The notes beneath the pieces are model-generated. The model had not been told where the DNA came from. It did not search any database and saw only the letters and a list, made by a program, of their open reading frames with translations. Both the position numbers and the translations under genes were made by a program. This document shows, piece after piece, positions 1 to 8,770 of a DNA stretch of 29,213 nt. This stretch comes from an uncultured bacterium. Lineage in GTDB: Bacteria; Gemmatimonadota; Gemmatimonadetes; Gemmatimonadales; Gemmatimonadaceae. The stretch lies in assembly GCA_963978095.1 (NCBI GenBank), contig CAXBQP010000038.1:1-29213 (forward strand). The letters run 5' to 3'. The stretch's first letter is position 1; each line of letters starts with the position of its first letter.

Positions 1-1
1 G

Positions 2-493
2 CTCGCCGCGCGACTTCCCTGGAGTTGGGATACCTCGGAAGACCAGCGACACTCGTTCAGTCCGGAAATCGCGGCGGCGCTCCGGTCGATCCCGGGGGAG
101 TTGACCGTCGAGGCGCATCTGGCGCCGGAGGACCCTCGGCTCGCCGATCTGCGCCGAGGGGTACTGGCTCGCATGGAGCGTGTCTTAAGTACACACGTAG
201 AGCTCCGTGGTGGAGGCGGGCGGACGGGGCTGTTCGCGCATCCCGACTCGTCGTACGGAGAAATCTGGTATTCGCTTGCGGGAAAAAGAGTTATGGAGCG
301 TTCCACGATCGACAATATCGTGGTGGAGACCGTTTTGCGTCTGGCGGGCAAGCCGATGCCAACGGCTAGCGCCGAGTCGGCGTATTATGGATATTCAATG
401 AATTCCAAGCCACGCTTCGCGGCGATTTTCTTCTTTTTTGCGTGGCCCATGTGCGTGTTCGCGATCTTCTGGCAGGCGCGACGGGTGACCTGA
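2..493 (+). CDS. C-terminal part of a probable ABC transporter permease/GldG-like auxiliary component (5' truncated by the window)
   Basis: The frame is open from position 2 (LAARLPWSWDTSEDQRHSFSPEIAAAL...) into ORF 101..493. The WDxSEDxRxSFS segment resembles GldG/ABC-auxiliary domains, and there is a C-terminal hydrophobic helix (FAAIFFFFAWPMCVFAIFW). Confidence 0.55.
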   Translation, partial: LAARLPWSWDTSEDQRHSFSPEIAAALRSIPGELTVEAHLAPEDPRLADLRRGVLARMERVLSTHVELRGGGGRTGLFAHPDSSYGEIWYSLAGKRVMERSTIDNIVVETVLRLAGKPMPTASAESAYYGYSMNSKPRFAAIFFFFAWPMCVFAIFWQARRVT

Positions 494-540
494 CGCGCGA
501 CGGCCCGGGGATCACCTCTCCCATCCCTGAGGGCTGCTCG

Positions 541-2844
541 ATGAACCGTTCGCTCCGCACCATCACCCTGCTGTTGGGTCTGACCGTCACGACGACGCGC
601 CTGATGCGCGCGCAGGAGCGCGGTGCGCTCACGGGGGTCGTGACCGCGGCGGCCGGCGGCGCACCGCTCGTCGGCGCACGCGTCGCCAGCGGCCAGCCGG
701 TGCGCGTCACGGTCACCGACGCCAGCGGACACTATGCGCTGAAGGATCTCCCGGTCGGCACGCTCGACATCACCGTCAGCGCGATCGGGCACACCGCACG
801 CCGGCAGTCGGTCACCATCACCGCCGGGAGCACGACGCACAACGTCCAGCTCACGAAGGGCTCGCTGATGTTGTCCAGCGTCTTCGTGACGGCGAGCGGA
901 TCGACCGACGACGCCCGCAAAGTGGCGGGCACGATCAATACGATGTCCAGTGAGCAGGTCCGCACCTCACCGGCGAGTACCGTGCAGGACATGCTGCGCG
1001 AGATCCCCGGCGTGGAACTGGCGCGCACGAGCAGCACGGTGGGTGGCACGGCGCAGATCGTCTCGATTCGCGGCGTCGACGAAGGACGCACCGCGGTCCT
1101 CGTCGACGGGATTCCGCTGAACGACGCGTGGGGCGAGTGGATCGATTGGGACCGGATGCCGAAGGGGAGCGTCGAACGCGTGGAAGTGCTCGAGGGCGGC
1201 GGGTCGAGCCTGTATGGAAATGGCGCGATGGGTGGTGTGATCAGTTTCTTCTCTCGCCCGATCACCCCGGGATCGGTCCGCCTCAGCATGGACGGCGGCA
1301 GCCGCAACGCGCGCCACGGCTTCGCGTCAGTCGGCGTGCCACTGCGGGGCCCGCTCAGCCTGGCCCTCACGGGGGACTATGCGGAAGGGGGCGGCTACAC
1401 CCTGATCGCCCCGGCGAACCGCGGCGCGGTCGATGTGGATTCCTGGTCCATCCGGCGCAACGCGATGGCGAAGCTCGAGTACTCGCCGTCGTCCACGTTC
1501 AGCGCGTTCCTCACGGGCCACCTGTTCGGCGACGACCGCCACCTCGGCACCCCGATCAGTCAAGCGACGCGCACCGATGGTGCGACCGACGGCGGCCTCA
1601 ACTATCGCACGGCGGGCGGTTCCGCGATCGCGGTGCGCGCCTGGAATCGGGAGATGCGGGAGTCGACGAACTCCACGACGCTGCTCACCGTCAACAGCGT
1701 CGCGCGGGCGGATGAACGTCGCACCAGCTACTCGCGCATTCCCTCATACGACCGCGGCGCGTCGGCGACCTGGAACAGCAAGCAAGTGCTCGGCACGGAC
1801 GTGCTCAGCATCGGTGCCGACTACCGCCTGATGTCCGGCTTCTTCGATCAGCAGGACTACGCGAACACCGTGGCGAACACCGCGACCACGCACATCACGT
1901 CGGGCGGGCAGCAGACGCTCAGTGGTGCGTATGTCAGCGGACTCTGGTCGCTCGGCGCGGCGTGGCGAGTCGAAGCCAGTGCGCGCATGGATCACTGGAC
2001 GAACAGCGGTGCATACGCGGTGGAAGCCACCGGGACCTCGAACTATCCGGACGCCGCGCGCGATGCCTTCTCGCCGCGCCTCGGCGTGAAGTATCAGCTG
2101 GCACCGGCGCTGGCCGTCCACGCGGCCACGTATCAGGCCTTCCGCGCGCCGAACCTCGCCGAGTTGTACCGCAAGCAGGTGACGAGCACGACGATCTCCC
2201 TGCCGAATCCGTCGCTGAAGCCGGAGTTCGCGACCGGCTATGAACTCGGAATCGACTGGCAGCCGGCCGATTGGCTCCAGATGAAGGGCACGATCTATCA
2301 GGCGAACTACACGGATTTCAACACGTTCGTGACGCTCTCGACGACGTCGGGTGTCACCACCCGTCAGCGGCAGAACGTGCAGAAAGCCAAGAGTCTCGGT
2401 GGAGAGCTGTACCTGGCGCTGCGTCCCCTGCCGCATCTCGAAGTCGGGCTCAGCGGCAACTACGACGACGCACGCGTCGCGGATCTGGGGCCGGTCGCAC
2501 CCACGGCGCTGGTGTTCGTGGGGGCGCGCATCGGTCGGGTGCCGCAGCAGCGTGGAACCGCGCGCATCACCTACGACAACCGGAGCATCGGCACCTTCAC
2601 CGTGCTGGGTCGCTACGAAAGCACCAACACCACGCTGGGCAACAGCTTCACCATTCCCGACTTCGGGGTGGTGGATCTGAGTGCACAGCGGCACCTCGTG
2701 GGCGATATCGATCTCTTCGTCTCGGTGGAGAATGTCTTCGATCGTCCGTACTATGTCACGATCTCCGGCACGGCGACCGCACCGATCTATTCGCTCGGTT
2801 TGCCACGGACGGTGCGCGTCGGGCTCGACCTGCTCCGATTCTGA
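541..2844 (+). CDS. TonB-dependent outer-membrane receptor with an N-terminal carboxypeptidase-regulatory-like domain
   Basis: ATG 541 follows GAGGG. Signal peptide (MNRSLRTITLLLGL...RAQ), TDASGHY beta-sandwich, plug motifs (VSIRG, VLVDGIPLND, ERVEVLEGGGSSLYGNGAMGGVI), FRAPNLAELY, C-terminal ENVFDRPY...PRTVRVGLDLLRF. Confidence 0.95.
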   Translation: MNRSLRTITLLLGLTVTTTRLMRAQERGALTGVVTAAAGGAPLVGARVASGQPVRVTVTDASGHYALKDLPVGTLDITVSAIGHTARRQSVTITAGSTTHNVQLTKGSLMLSSVFVTASGSTDDARKVAGTINTMSSEQVRTSPASTVQDMLREIPGVELARTSSTVGGTAQIVSIRGVDEGRTAVLVDGIPLNDAWGEWIDWDRMPKGSVERVEVLEGGGSSLYGNGAMGGVISFFSRPITPGSVRLSMDGGSRNARHGFASVGVPLRGPLSLALTGDYAEGGGYTLIAPANRGAVDVDSWSIRRNAMAKLEYSPSSTFSAFLTGHLFGDDRHLGTPISQATRTDGATDGGLNYRTAGGSAIAVRAWNREMRESTNSTTLLTVNSVARADERRTSYSRIPSYDRGASATWNSKQVLGTDVLSIGADYRLMSGFFDQQDYANTVANTATTHITSGGQQTLSGAYVSGLWSLGAAWRVEASARMDHWTNSGAYAVEATGTSNYPDAARDAFSPRLGVKYQLAPALAVHAATYQAFRAPNLAELYRKQVTSTTISLPNPSLKPEFATGYELGIDWQPADWLQMKGTIYQANYTDFNTFVTLSTTSGVTTRQRQNVQKAKSLGGELYLALRPLPHLEVGLSGNYDDARVADLGPVAPTALVFVGARIGRVPQQRGTARITYDNRSIGTFTVLGRYESTNTTLGNSFTIPDFGVVDLSAQRHLVGDIDLFVSVENVFDRPYYVTISGTATAPIYSLGLPRTVRVGLDLLRF

Positions 2845-2865
2845 CGGCTGACGGTCCGGACTACG

Positions 2866-2905
2866 CACGAGGGGGCGGCACCGTGATCGGCGCCGCCCCC
2901 TCGTG
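2866..2905. terminator. GC-rich hairpin between convergent genes, probable bidirectional terminator
   Basis: CACGAGGGGGCGGCaCCG-TGAT-CGGcGCCGCCCCCTCGTG: an 18-bp stem with one mismatch, lying between the stops at 2844 and 2920. Confidence 0.8.
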
Positions 2906-2919
2906 TTCGCAGCACGCGA

Positions 2920-3708
2920 TCACCAGCCGACGCGACGACCGAAGATCACCTTGAAGATGTTGTGGTCGCCACTCCCCGAGGCGAGCACGCCGTAGCCGAC
3001 GTTCAGCTCCCATTCCGGACCGAGATCGAAGTCGAGCGTGGGGTAGATCATGTGCGATTGCTCGGCGGCCGCGGCCATGCGTTTGAGCGACCCGGTGCCG
3101 CCGAAATACTCGATGCCGGCCGAGACCTTGTCGTTCAGTTCCCATTGGAGCTTCACGGCGGGTTCGAACATCATGCCGTCGAGGCCCTTGCCCGCGTCGG
3201 GGCCTTTGACCGACCACCCGATCGTCGGGTTGAACGACCAATAGAACTTGCCGATGGTTTGGTCGATGATCGGCCGGAACTCGACGCCGAGCTCGCTGTC
3301 GTCGAACGCCTTGTTCGTGGGGCCGAACTCGGTGGAGAGGCTGAGTCCGACCGGCAGCTTCCATGACTCCGGCGCGCGAACGCGCGGACGGATGTGCGTC
3401 CCGACGAACCGGTATCCGTCCGATCCGTGGGCGCTCGTGAAGACATAGAAGCCGACTTCGAAGATGTCGCTGAAGCCGTGGGTGATCTCGAGCGTTTCGT
3501 GAAACGCACCGTTGGTCGCGAGCAAGCTGCCCGTGCGCACCACGCTGCCCGCGCCGGTGAAGTTGCTGTGCAACTCGAAGATGGTGGTGCCCTTCTTGGT
3601 CGTCTCCGACGGGTACACCTGGATCTCGTAGTTCTCTTGTGCGGCGGCGACGGCCGGAGCCACACAGGTCAGGGCGAGCGCGAGACGCGCGGCGGTGAGA
3701 ATTCGCAT
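2920..3708 (-). CDS. Exported hypothetical protein, probable outer-membrane beta-barrel
   Basis: Signal peptide ending AVAAA-Q, alternating amphipathic strands (FEVGFYVFT, WELNVGYGV, FKVIFGRRVGW) and a terminal aromatic residue. Confidence 0.7.
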   Translation of the reverse strand: MRILTAARLALALTCVAPAVAAAQENYEIQVYPSETTKKGTTIFELHSNFTGAGSVVRTGSLLATNGAFHETLEITHGFSDIFEVGFYVFTSAHGSDGYRFVGTHIRPRVRAPESWKLPVGLSLSTEFGPTNKAFDDSELGVEFRPIIDQTIGKFYWSFNPTIGWSVKGPDAGKGLDGMMFEPAVKLQWELNDKVSAGIEYFGGTGSLKRMAAAAEQSHMIYPTLDFDLGPEWELNVGYGVLASGSGDHNIFKVIFGRRVGW

Positions 3709-3745
3709 GCCCGAAGATACGCAGTTGTCGCCCCGATGGCAGGGG

Positions 3746-5851
3746 CTAGAACCAGTATCCGACGCGGATCAGCGTCGACCGCTCCCCGGTCACACTGAAC
3801 CCCTCCTCGGCACGAATCGGGCCGATCGGCGTCTGTGCCTCGACGCCGACGCGCATACCGCCGCGCCACGCGCCGAACTCGGTGCCGGGTTCGTAGGCGA
3901 GCACCCCGTAGCCGCGGGCGATCACGCCCGCCATGAACTCGGTGCGGAGTTTGAGGAGGTTCGTGATCGGACGGCGGATGAGCACGCTGCCGAAAAGTTC
4001 CTGGGATCCGCGGAACTCCCCGATCCGGTATCCGGCGAATCCTTCATTCCCGCCGAGCGCGAACGTCTGGTAGGTGGGGAGGTTGTGCCCCCAGCCGACG
4101 GCGAATCGCAGCGTGGTCTGCGTGTTGCCCCGGAGCCAGCTGTTGCTGCTCTCGAAGCTGAGGCGCTGGTAGTCGTTGAGGACAAGCAGTTCGCCGACCG
4201 TGCCGGGCTCGTAGTCGCTGGCCGCGCGCGCGATCGATGCGCGGATGCCAAGGGCGCCGCGCGCCGATCGGTATGTCTCGCGGAAGGCGCGGAACTCGAG
4301 GCCGGCATCGTAGCGCCAATGCCCGACCGATGCATCCTCGTGAAGGCCAAGGAATCCCGAGAGGGCGCGGGCATCGATGCCTGGCAGTTCCGTCGCACCG
4401 GAGAACATGCGGACGCTCTCATGCATGAGCGCTGCGCTCAGTGTCAGCGGCACGAATCGGCGACCGATCAACGCGCGGCGTCTCACGAAGCTCCAGGCTT
4501 CCTGTTGATACGTGCCGAGCTTCACGAGCAGGGCGGCCTCGGCGTCACCCTTGAACAGCGCACGGTCCACTGCGCCCATCCAGAGGCGTCCACTGCTGAA
4601 CTGATCGAAGGCGACACCGACCCCCAGGCTCCGCAGGGGCGCGCCGGCGAGCGTCACGTGAAGGAGCAGGGTATCGGCATTGCCGCTCGGGTTGAGCCAG
4701 ACCTCGCGATAGCGCTCCATCCGCCCGATCTCCATCAGGCCGCGCTGCAGCGTGCGGAGGTCGAGGGGTCCCCCGTCCGAGAGTCCCAAGTCCGCCACGA
4801 TGGCATCGCCATCAACGATGCTTTGGAGGCTACTGCTGTCGCGCCGCTGCGGCGTGAGGGTCACCGCTGTCACGCGGCTGGTGAGGCGCGCTTCGGCGCG
4901 ATCAGGGGCAAGGCGTCCCGCGGGGTGCGTACAGGCCGCCGCAGCGAATGCGGTCCGCGCCGCGCGGCGGCCCACCTCGACGAGCGAATCCTGCATGGCG
5001 CGACTGAAATCCAGATTGTCGTACGTCTCGGTCGCGTTGCGGATCACGACGTCCGCTGCGCGCGTGACGAGGGAGTCCTGCTCGAACAGCGAGTTGAGCA
5101 TGTCCGCCATGATCTGCAGCGGATCCTCATACGACGACGGCGAGGGCGGTGCATACGGGAGTCGCGAGACCCAGACGCGTTGCGCCCCGAGGGCGCGCGC
5201 CGACTTGACGGGCTCATTCTCGGCGATACCGCCGTCCGTCAACCAACGTCCCTCGACCTGCATGGGCCGCAGGATCACGGGAATCGCCGAGCTCGCGCGG
5301 ATGGCGCGTGCCAAGTCCCCCGTCCCGAGCACCACGGGGGCGTGGGTCCGCAGATCGGTGGCGATCGCGCGGAACGGGATCGGCAGCCGATCGAAGTTCC
5401 CGCGGGCAATGACATTGCCGCGCAGGAACAGCGCCGACATCAGCGCATTGAGTTCTCCCTCATGCGCCGCGCCCGACTGCAACGCGTAGCCCGCGGCGGT
5501 GAGATCCCATACCGCCGTGGGGCGGAGCAGGCCGATCGTCGTGGATACTTGCGGCTCATACCGGGCGATGACCTGATCCATCGGCAGCGCCCGCATCAGC
5601 GAGTCGATCTGCTTGCCGGTGTACCCGCTGGCGTACAGCGCGCCTGCGATCGCGCCGCTGCTGGTTCCCACCACGAAGTCCGGCCGGAGTCCGAGACTGT
5701 CGAGGATCTGGATGACTCCGATATGGGCGAACCCCTTGGCGCCGCCGCCAGCCAGGACCAAGGCGGTCGGGGCGGCGGGGCATGACTGGGCGGGAACCGT
5801 GGTCGTGGCCACGGTCCCCCAAGCTATGGCAAGCAGGAGTCGTCGCACCAT
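3746..5851 (-). CDS. Patatin-like phospholipase fused to a probable POTRA and C-terminal beta-barrel (PlpD/type Vd-like); the start may be GTG 5848
   Basis: Signal peptide, oxyanion motif LAGGGAKG, nucleophile GTSSG, DGG motif, and a strand-rich C-terminal half ending TPIGPIR...IRVGYWF as in Omp85-type barrels. Confidence 0.85.
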   Translation of the reverse strand: MVRRLLLAIAWGTVATTTVPAQSCPAAPTALVLAGGGAKGFAHIGVIQILDSLGLRPDFVVGTSSGAIAGALYASGYTGKQIDSLMRALPMDQVIARYEPQVSTTIGLLRPTAVWDLTAAGYALQSGAAHEGELNALMSALFLRGNVIARGNFDRLPIPFRAIATDLRTHAPVVLGTGDLARAIRASSAIPVILRPMQVEGRWLTDGGIAENEPVKSARALGAQRVWVSRLPYAPPSPSSYEDPLQIMADMLNSLFEQDSLVTRAADVVIRNATETYDNLDFSRAMQDSLVEVGRRAARTAFAAAACTHPAGRLAPDRAEARLTSRVTAVTLTPQRRDSSSLQSIVDGDAIVADLGLSDGGPLDLRTLQRGLMEIGRMERYREVWLNPSGNADTLLLHVTLAGAPLRSLGVGVAFDQFSSGRLWMGAVDRALFKGDAEAALLVKLGTYQQEAWSFVRRRALIGRRFVPLTLSAALMHESVRMFSGATELPGIDARALSGFLGLHEDASVGHWRYDAGLEFRAFRETYRSARGALGIRASIARAASDYEPGTVGELLVLNDYQRLSFESSNSWLRGNTQTTLRFAVGWGHNLPTYQTFALGGNEGFAGYRIGEFRGSQELFGSVLIRRPITNLLKLRTEFMAGVIARGYGVLAYEPGTEFGAWRGGMRVGVEAQTPIGPIRAEEGFSVTGERSTLIRVGYWF

Positions 5852-5916
5852 AGGAAGCTAGCGTGCCGGTGGTTCGCGGTGCAGGGCGTGGGGTGGATCG
5901 CGAACGGGAGGCAACG

Positions 5917-5925
5917 TGGTATCTT
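5917..5925 (+). promoter_or_regulatory. Extended -10 element directly upstream of ATG 5933 (probable leaderless transcript)
   Basis: TGgTATCTT, then 7 nt, then ATG, with no Shine-Dalgarno in between. Confidence 0.55.
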
Positions 5926-5932
5926 AAATCCA

Positions 5933-7129
5933 ATGTCCATTCCGCCGTCGCAACCGGTCAACGCTGACCTGTTCCGTTCCGCTTCGTCTTCCGCCGCGGG
6001 GACGCTGCCGACGCCGGAGCTGGTCGCCGTGGACGAGCCTCTCACCGACCTCTCGATTTGGGCGGTCGTGTTCGCCGGCGGGATCGGATCGCGCTTCTGG
6101 CCGCTGAGCACGCCGACGCGCCCCAAACCGCTCCTGGCGCTGGTGACGGGACGAACCCTGCTCGAGGACACCGTCGGGCGCCTCCAGCCACTGATCCCAC
6201 CGGAGCGTGTGCTCGTCGTCACGAGTTCCGACATCGCGCCCGCCATCCGGACCGCCATCCGGGAGGTCCCCGACGCCAATGTCCTGGTCGAGCCGCGTCC
6301 GCTCGGCACGGCCGCTGCGCTCGCATGGGCGGCGCAAGAGATCGCGCGTCGTGCGGGTCCGAATACCGCCTTCGTCGCCCTGCATTGCGATCTCGCGATC
6401 GGGTTTCCGGGGGTGTTCCGCGAGATGATCCACCGTGCGGCGGCGGTCGCCCACCGTGAGCGCGCCATCGTGGCCATCGGCGTCACCCCGACGCGCGCGG
6501 ATCCGCAGTTCGGCTATCTGCGCCCCGGGGCGTTGCTCGACGCCGATACCCCGCTGAGTCGCGGGGGATCGGCGCTCGTGGACGGCTTCGAGGAAAAGCC
6601 CGATACCGCCCGCGCGGCCGCGTTGATCGCCGCCGGCGCGCGGTGGCATGCCGGCGCCTTCGTGGCCGATGCGCAAACGGTCCTGCGACAACTCGCACAG
6701 TGCACCCCCGAGCTCGCTTCGGGGCTCGAGCAGCTCGCGCAGGGTGACATCGAGGGCTGGGTCGCGCGACTCGGGGACTCGGTCTCGATCGAGCGCGGAC
6801 TGCTCGAGCGTGCGGAACGACTGCTCGTCGTGAGCGGTGATGTGGCGTGGGACGACATCGGCACCTGGGCCAGTCTTCGCCGCGCCCGCGATCTGGACGA
6901 CGACGGCAACGGGGCGCTGGGCCGCGTGGCCTTCGTCGACAGCGAGAACAACGTCGTGCATGCCGAAGGGGGCACCGTGGTGCTCTACGGCGTGGAGCGA
7001 CTCCTCGTCGTGGCGCTCCCGGGGCTGACCTTCGTCACCACACTCGAGCGCGCCAACGAGCTCAAACCGCTGCTCGACGCGCTGCCGGGCAGCTTGCGGA
7101 TGCACCCGGGATCGGGGCGGTCGACGTGA
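5933..7129 (+). CDS. manC: Mannose-1-phosphate guanylyltransferase-like sugar-phosphate nucleotidyltransferase (no cupin PMI domain)
   Basis: FAGGIGSRFWPLS..RPKPLL, VEPRPLGTAAA, FGYL, FEEKP and WDDIGTW motifs, plus a short C-terminal beta-helix-like region. Confidence 0.85.
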   Translation: MSIPPSQPVNADLFRSASSSAAGTLPTPELVAVDEPLTDLSIWAVVFAGGIGSRFWPLSTPTRPKPLLALVTGRTLLEDTVGRLQPLIPPERVLVVTSSDIAPAIRTAIREVPDANVLVEPRPLGTAAALAWAAQEIARRAGPNTAFVALHCDLAIGFPGVFREMIHRAAAVAHRERAIVAIGVTPTRADPQFGYLRPGALLDADTPLSRGGSALVDGFEEKPDTARAAALIAAGARWHAGAFVADAQTVLRQLAQCTPELASGLEQLAQGDIEGWVARLGDSVSIERGLLERAERLLVVSGDVAWDDIGTWASLRRARDLDDDGNGALGRVAFVDSENNVVHAEGGTVVLYGVERLLVVALPGLTFVTTLERANELKPLLDALPGSLRMHPGSGRST

Positions 7130-7536
7130 GTCCACGCGCGCCGATCTTCCACCGGATCACGCAGGGGATCCGCGTCACGGTCCGTCCGATCTACCTGCCG
7201 GAGCAGTCGCTCCCGGAGCAGCGGCAGTTCGTGTTCGCGTACTTCGTGCGGATCGAGAACGTCGGTACCCGCGCGGCGCAGTTGCTGTCGCGGCGTTGGC
7301 ACATCCACGATTCGCTGGGTGAGGACAGCGAGGTCGTGGGGGACGGTGTCGTCGGCGAGCAGCCGCTGTTGCCCGCCGGTGGTGTGCACGAATACCGGAG
7401 TTTCTGCGTGCTCAAGTCGCCGAGCGGTTACATGGAAGGGGAGTACCGCTTCGTGCGGGAGGACGCCGAGCAGTTCGAGGCGGCGATACCCCGCTTCACC
7501 CTCGCCGCCGACGAGTGGCTGGGTTCGCAGAACTGA
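7126..7536 (+). CDS. apaG: ApaG protein
   Basis: GTG start overlaps the upstream stop (GTGA). Motifs FVFAYFVRIEN, QLLSRRWHI, GDGVVGEQP, YRSFCVLKSPSGYMEGEY, IPRFTL. Confidence 0.95.
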   Translation: MSPRAPIFHRITQGIRVTVRPIYLPEQSLPEQRQFVFAYFVRIENVGTRAAQLLSRRWHIHDSLGEDSEVVGDGVVGEQPLLPAGGVHEYRSFCVLKSPSGYMEGEYRFVREDAEQFEAAIPRFTLAADEWLGSQN

Positions 7537-7543
7537 CGGGCCG

Positions 7544-8770
7544 GTGGACGCACTGACGACCCTGATCACGGATTCGGACGTCGCCCGCTGGCGACACGAC
7601 ACCCCCGGGTGTGTCTCCTGCACGCACCTCAACAACGCGGGCGCGTCGCTCGTCCCGGCTTCGGTGCATGCGGAGGTGGTCGGTCACCTCGAACTCGAGA
7701 CGCGCCTGGGAGGCTATGAAGCCGCCGCACTCGCCGCGCCGGCGGTCGCGCGTACCTACGCGTCGATCGCGGCGCTCGTCGGGGCCCGGGCGTCCGAGAT
7801 CGCGGTCGTCTCCAGCGCGACGGCCGCGTTCGCCCAAGCGCTGTCCAGCGTGGCGCTCCGCGCTGGTGATGCGATCGTCACCACCACGGCCGACTACATC
7901 TCGAATCAGTTGATGTTCTTGTCGCTCGCGCAGCGGCACGGGGTGACGGTCCTCCGGGCGGAGGACGAAGCGGCTGGTGGCGTGGATCTCGATTCGCTCC
8001 GGGCGCTGGTGCGGCGCCATGCCCCGAAGCTCGTGTCGCTGACCTGGGTGCCGACCAACTCTGGGCTCGTCCAGCCGGCGGCGGCGGTGGGGGCCATCTG
8101 TGCCGAGGCCGGCGTGCCGTTCTTGCTCGATGCGTGCCAGGCGGTCGGGCAGCTTCCCGTCGACGTCACGCAACTCCAGTGCGACTTCCTGGCCGCCACG
8201 GCACGCAAGTTCCTGCGCGGTCCGCGCGGCGTCGGCTTCCTCTATGTCTCGGAGCGGATGTTGGCGCGTGGCGCGCATCCGTTGTTGGTGGACATGCGCG
8301 GCGCCGCCTGGACCGCGGCGAACGCCTACGACCTATTCGACGGCGCGCGGCGCTTCGAGCAGTGGGAGCTGCCGTATGCATTGGTGCTCGGAATGGGCGA
8401 GGCCGCGCGTTACGCGGTCACCGCCGGTGTCGACCGTACCGCCGCGCGCGCGCACGCGCTCGCCGACACGCTCCGTACCGCGCTGGCGGCAACGCCGGGC
8501 GTCCGTGTCCTCGACCACGGGGCGCAACTCGGCGCGATCGTCTCGCTCGAACTGCCCGGACACGACGCCGGGGACATCATGCACGCGTTGCGCGCCCGCG
8601 GGATCCACACCACCGCACAGTCGATCGGCGACGCGGTGATCGATCTCACGCGCAAAGGGGCGACGTCCACGCTGCGCGTCTCCCCGCACTATTTCAACAC
8701 GGTCGACGAACTGGAAGCGTTCCGCGCCGCGTTGGTCGATGTCGTGTCATCGCCGGTGCGCGCGTCATGA
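7544..8770 (+). CDS. PLP-dependent aminotransferase class V-fold enzyme, EgtE-like C-S lyase group
   Basis: HLNNAGAS, LDACQAVG, ATARKFLRGPRGVG (PLP lysine), LRVSPHYFNT. No RxGHHC or GSAC catalytic cysteine loop. Confidence 0.85.
   Translation: MDALTTLITDSDVARWRHDTPGCVSCTHLNNAGASLVPASVHAEVVGHLELETRLGGYEAAALAAPAVARTYASIAALVGARASEIAVVSSATAAFAQALSSVALRAGDAIVTTTADYISNQLMFLSLAQRHGVTVLRAEDEAAGGVDLDSLRALVRRHAPKLVSLTWVPTNSGLVQPAAAVGAICAEAGVPFLLDACQAVGQLPVDVTQLQCDFLAATARKFLRGPRGVGFLYVSERMLARGAHPLLVDMRGAAWTAANAYDLFDGARRFEQWELPYALVLGMGEAARYAVTAGVDRTAARAHALADTLRTALAATPGVRVLDHGAQLGAIVSLELPGHDAGDIMHALRARGIHTTAQSIGDAVIDLTRKGATSTLRVSPHYFNTVDELEAFRAALVDVVSSPVRAS

Noticed and set aside
3695..5785. 696-aa plus-strand ORF
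   Set aside because: Antisense shadow of the patatin gene with no recognisable motifs. Long shadow ORFs are expected at this GC content.
8134..8766. N-terminal extension giving a 1084-aa ORF
   Set aside because: It overlaps the PLP enzyme in another frame and is Arg/Ala-rich noise. The ATGA-coupled start at 8767 gives a proper lipoprotein signal.
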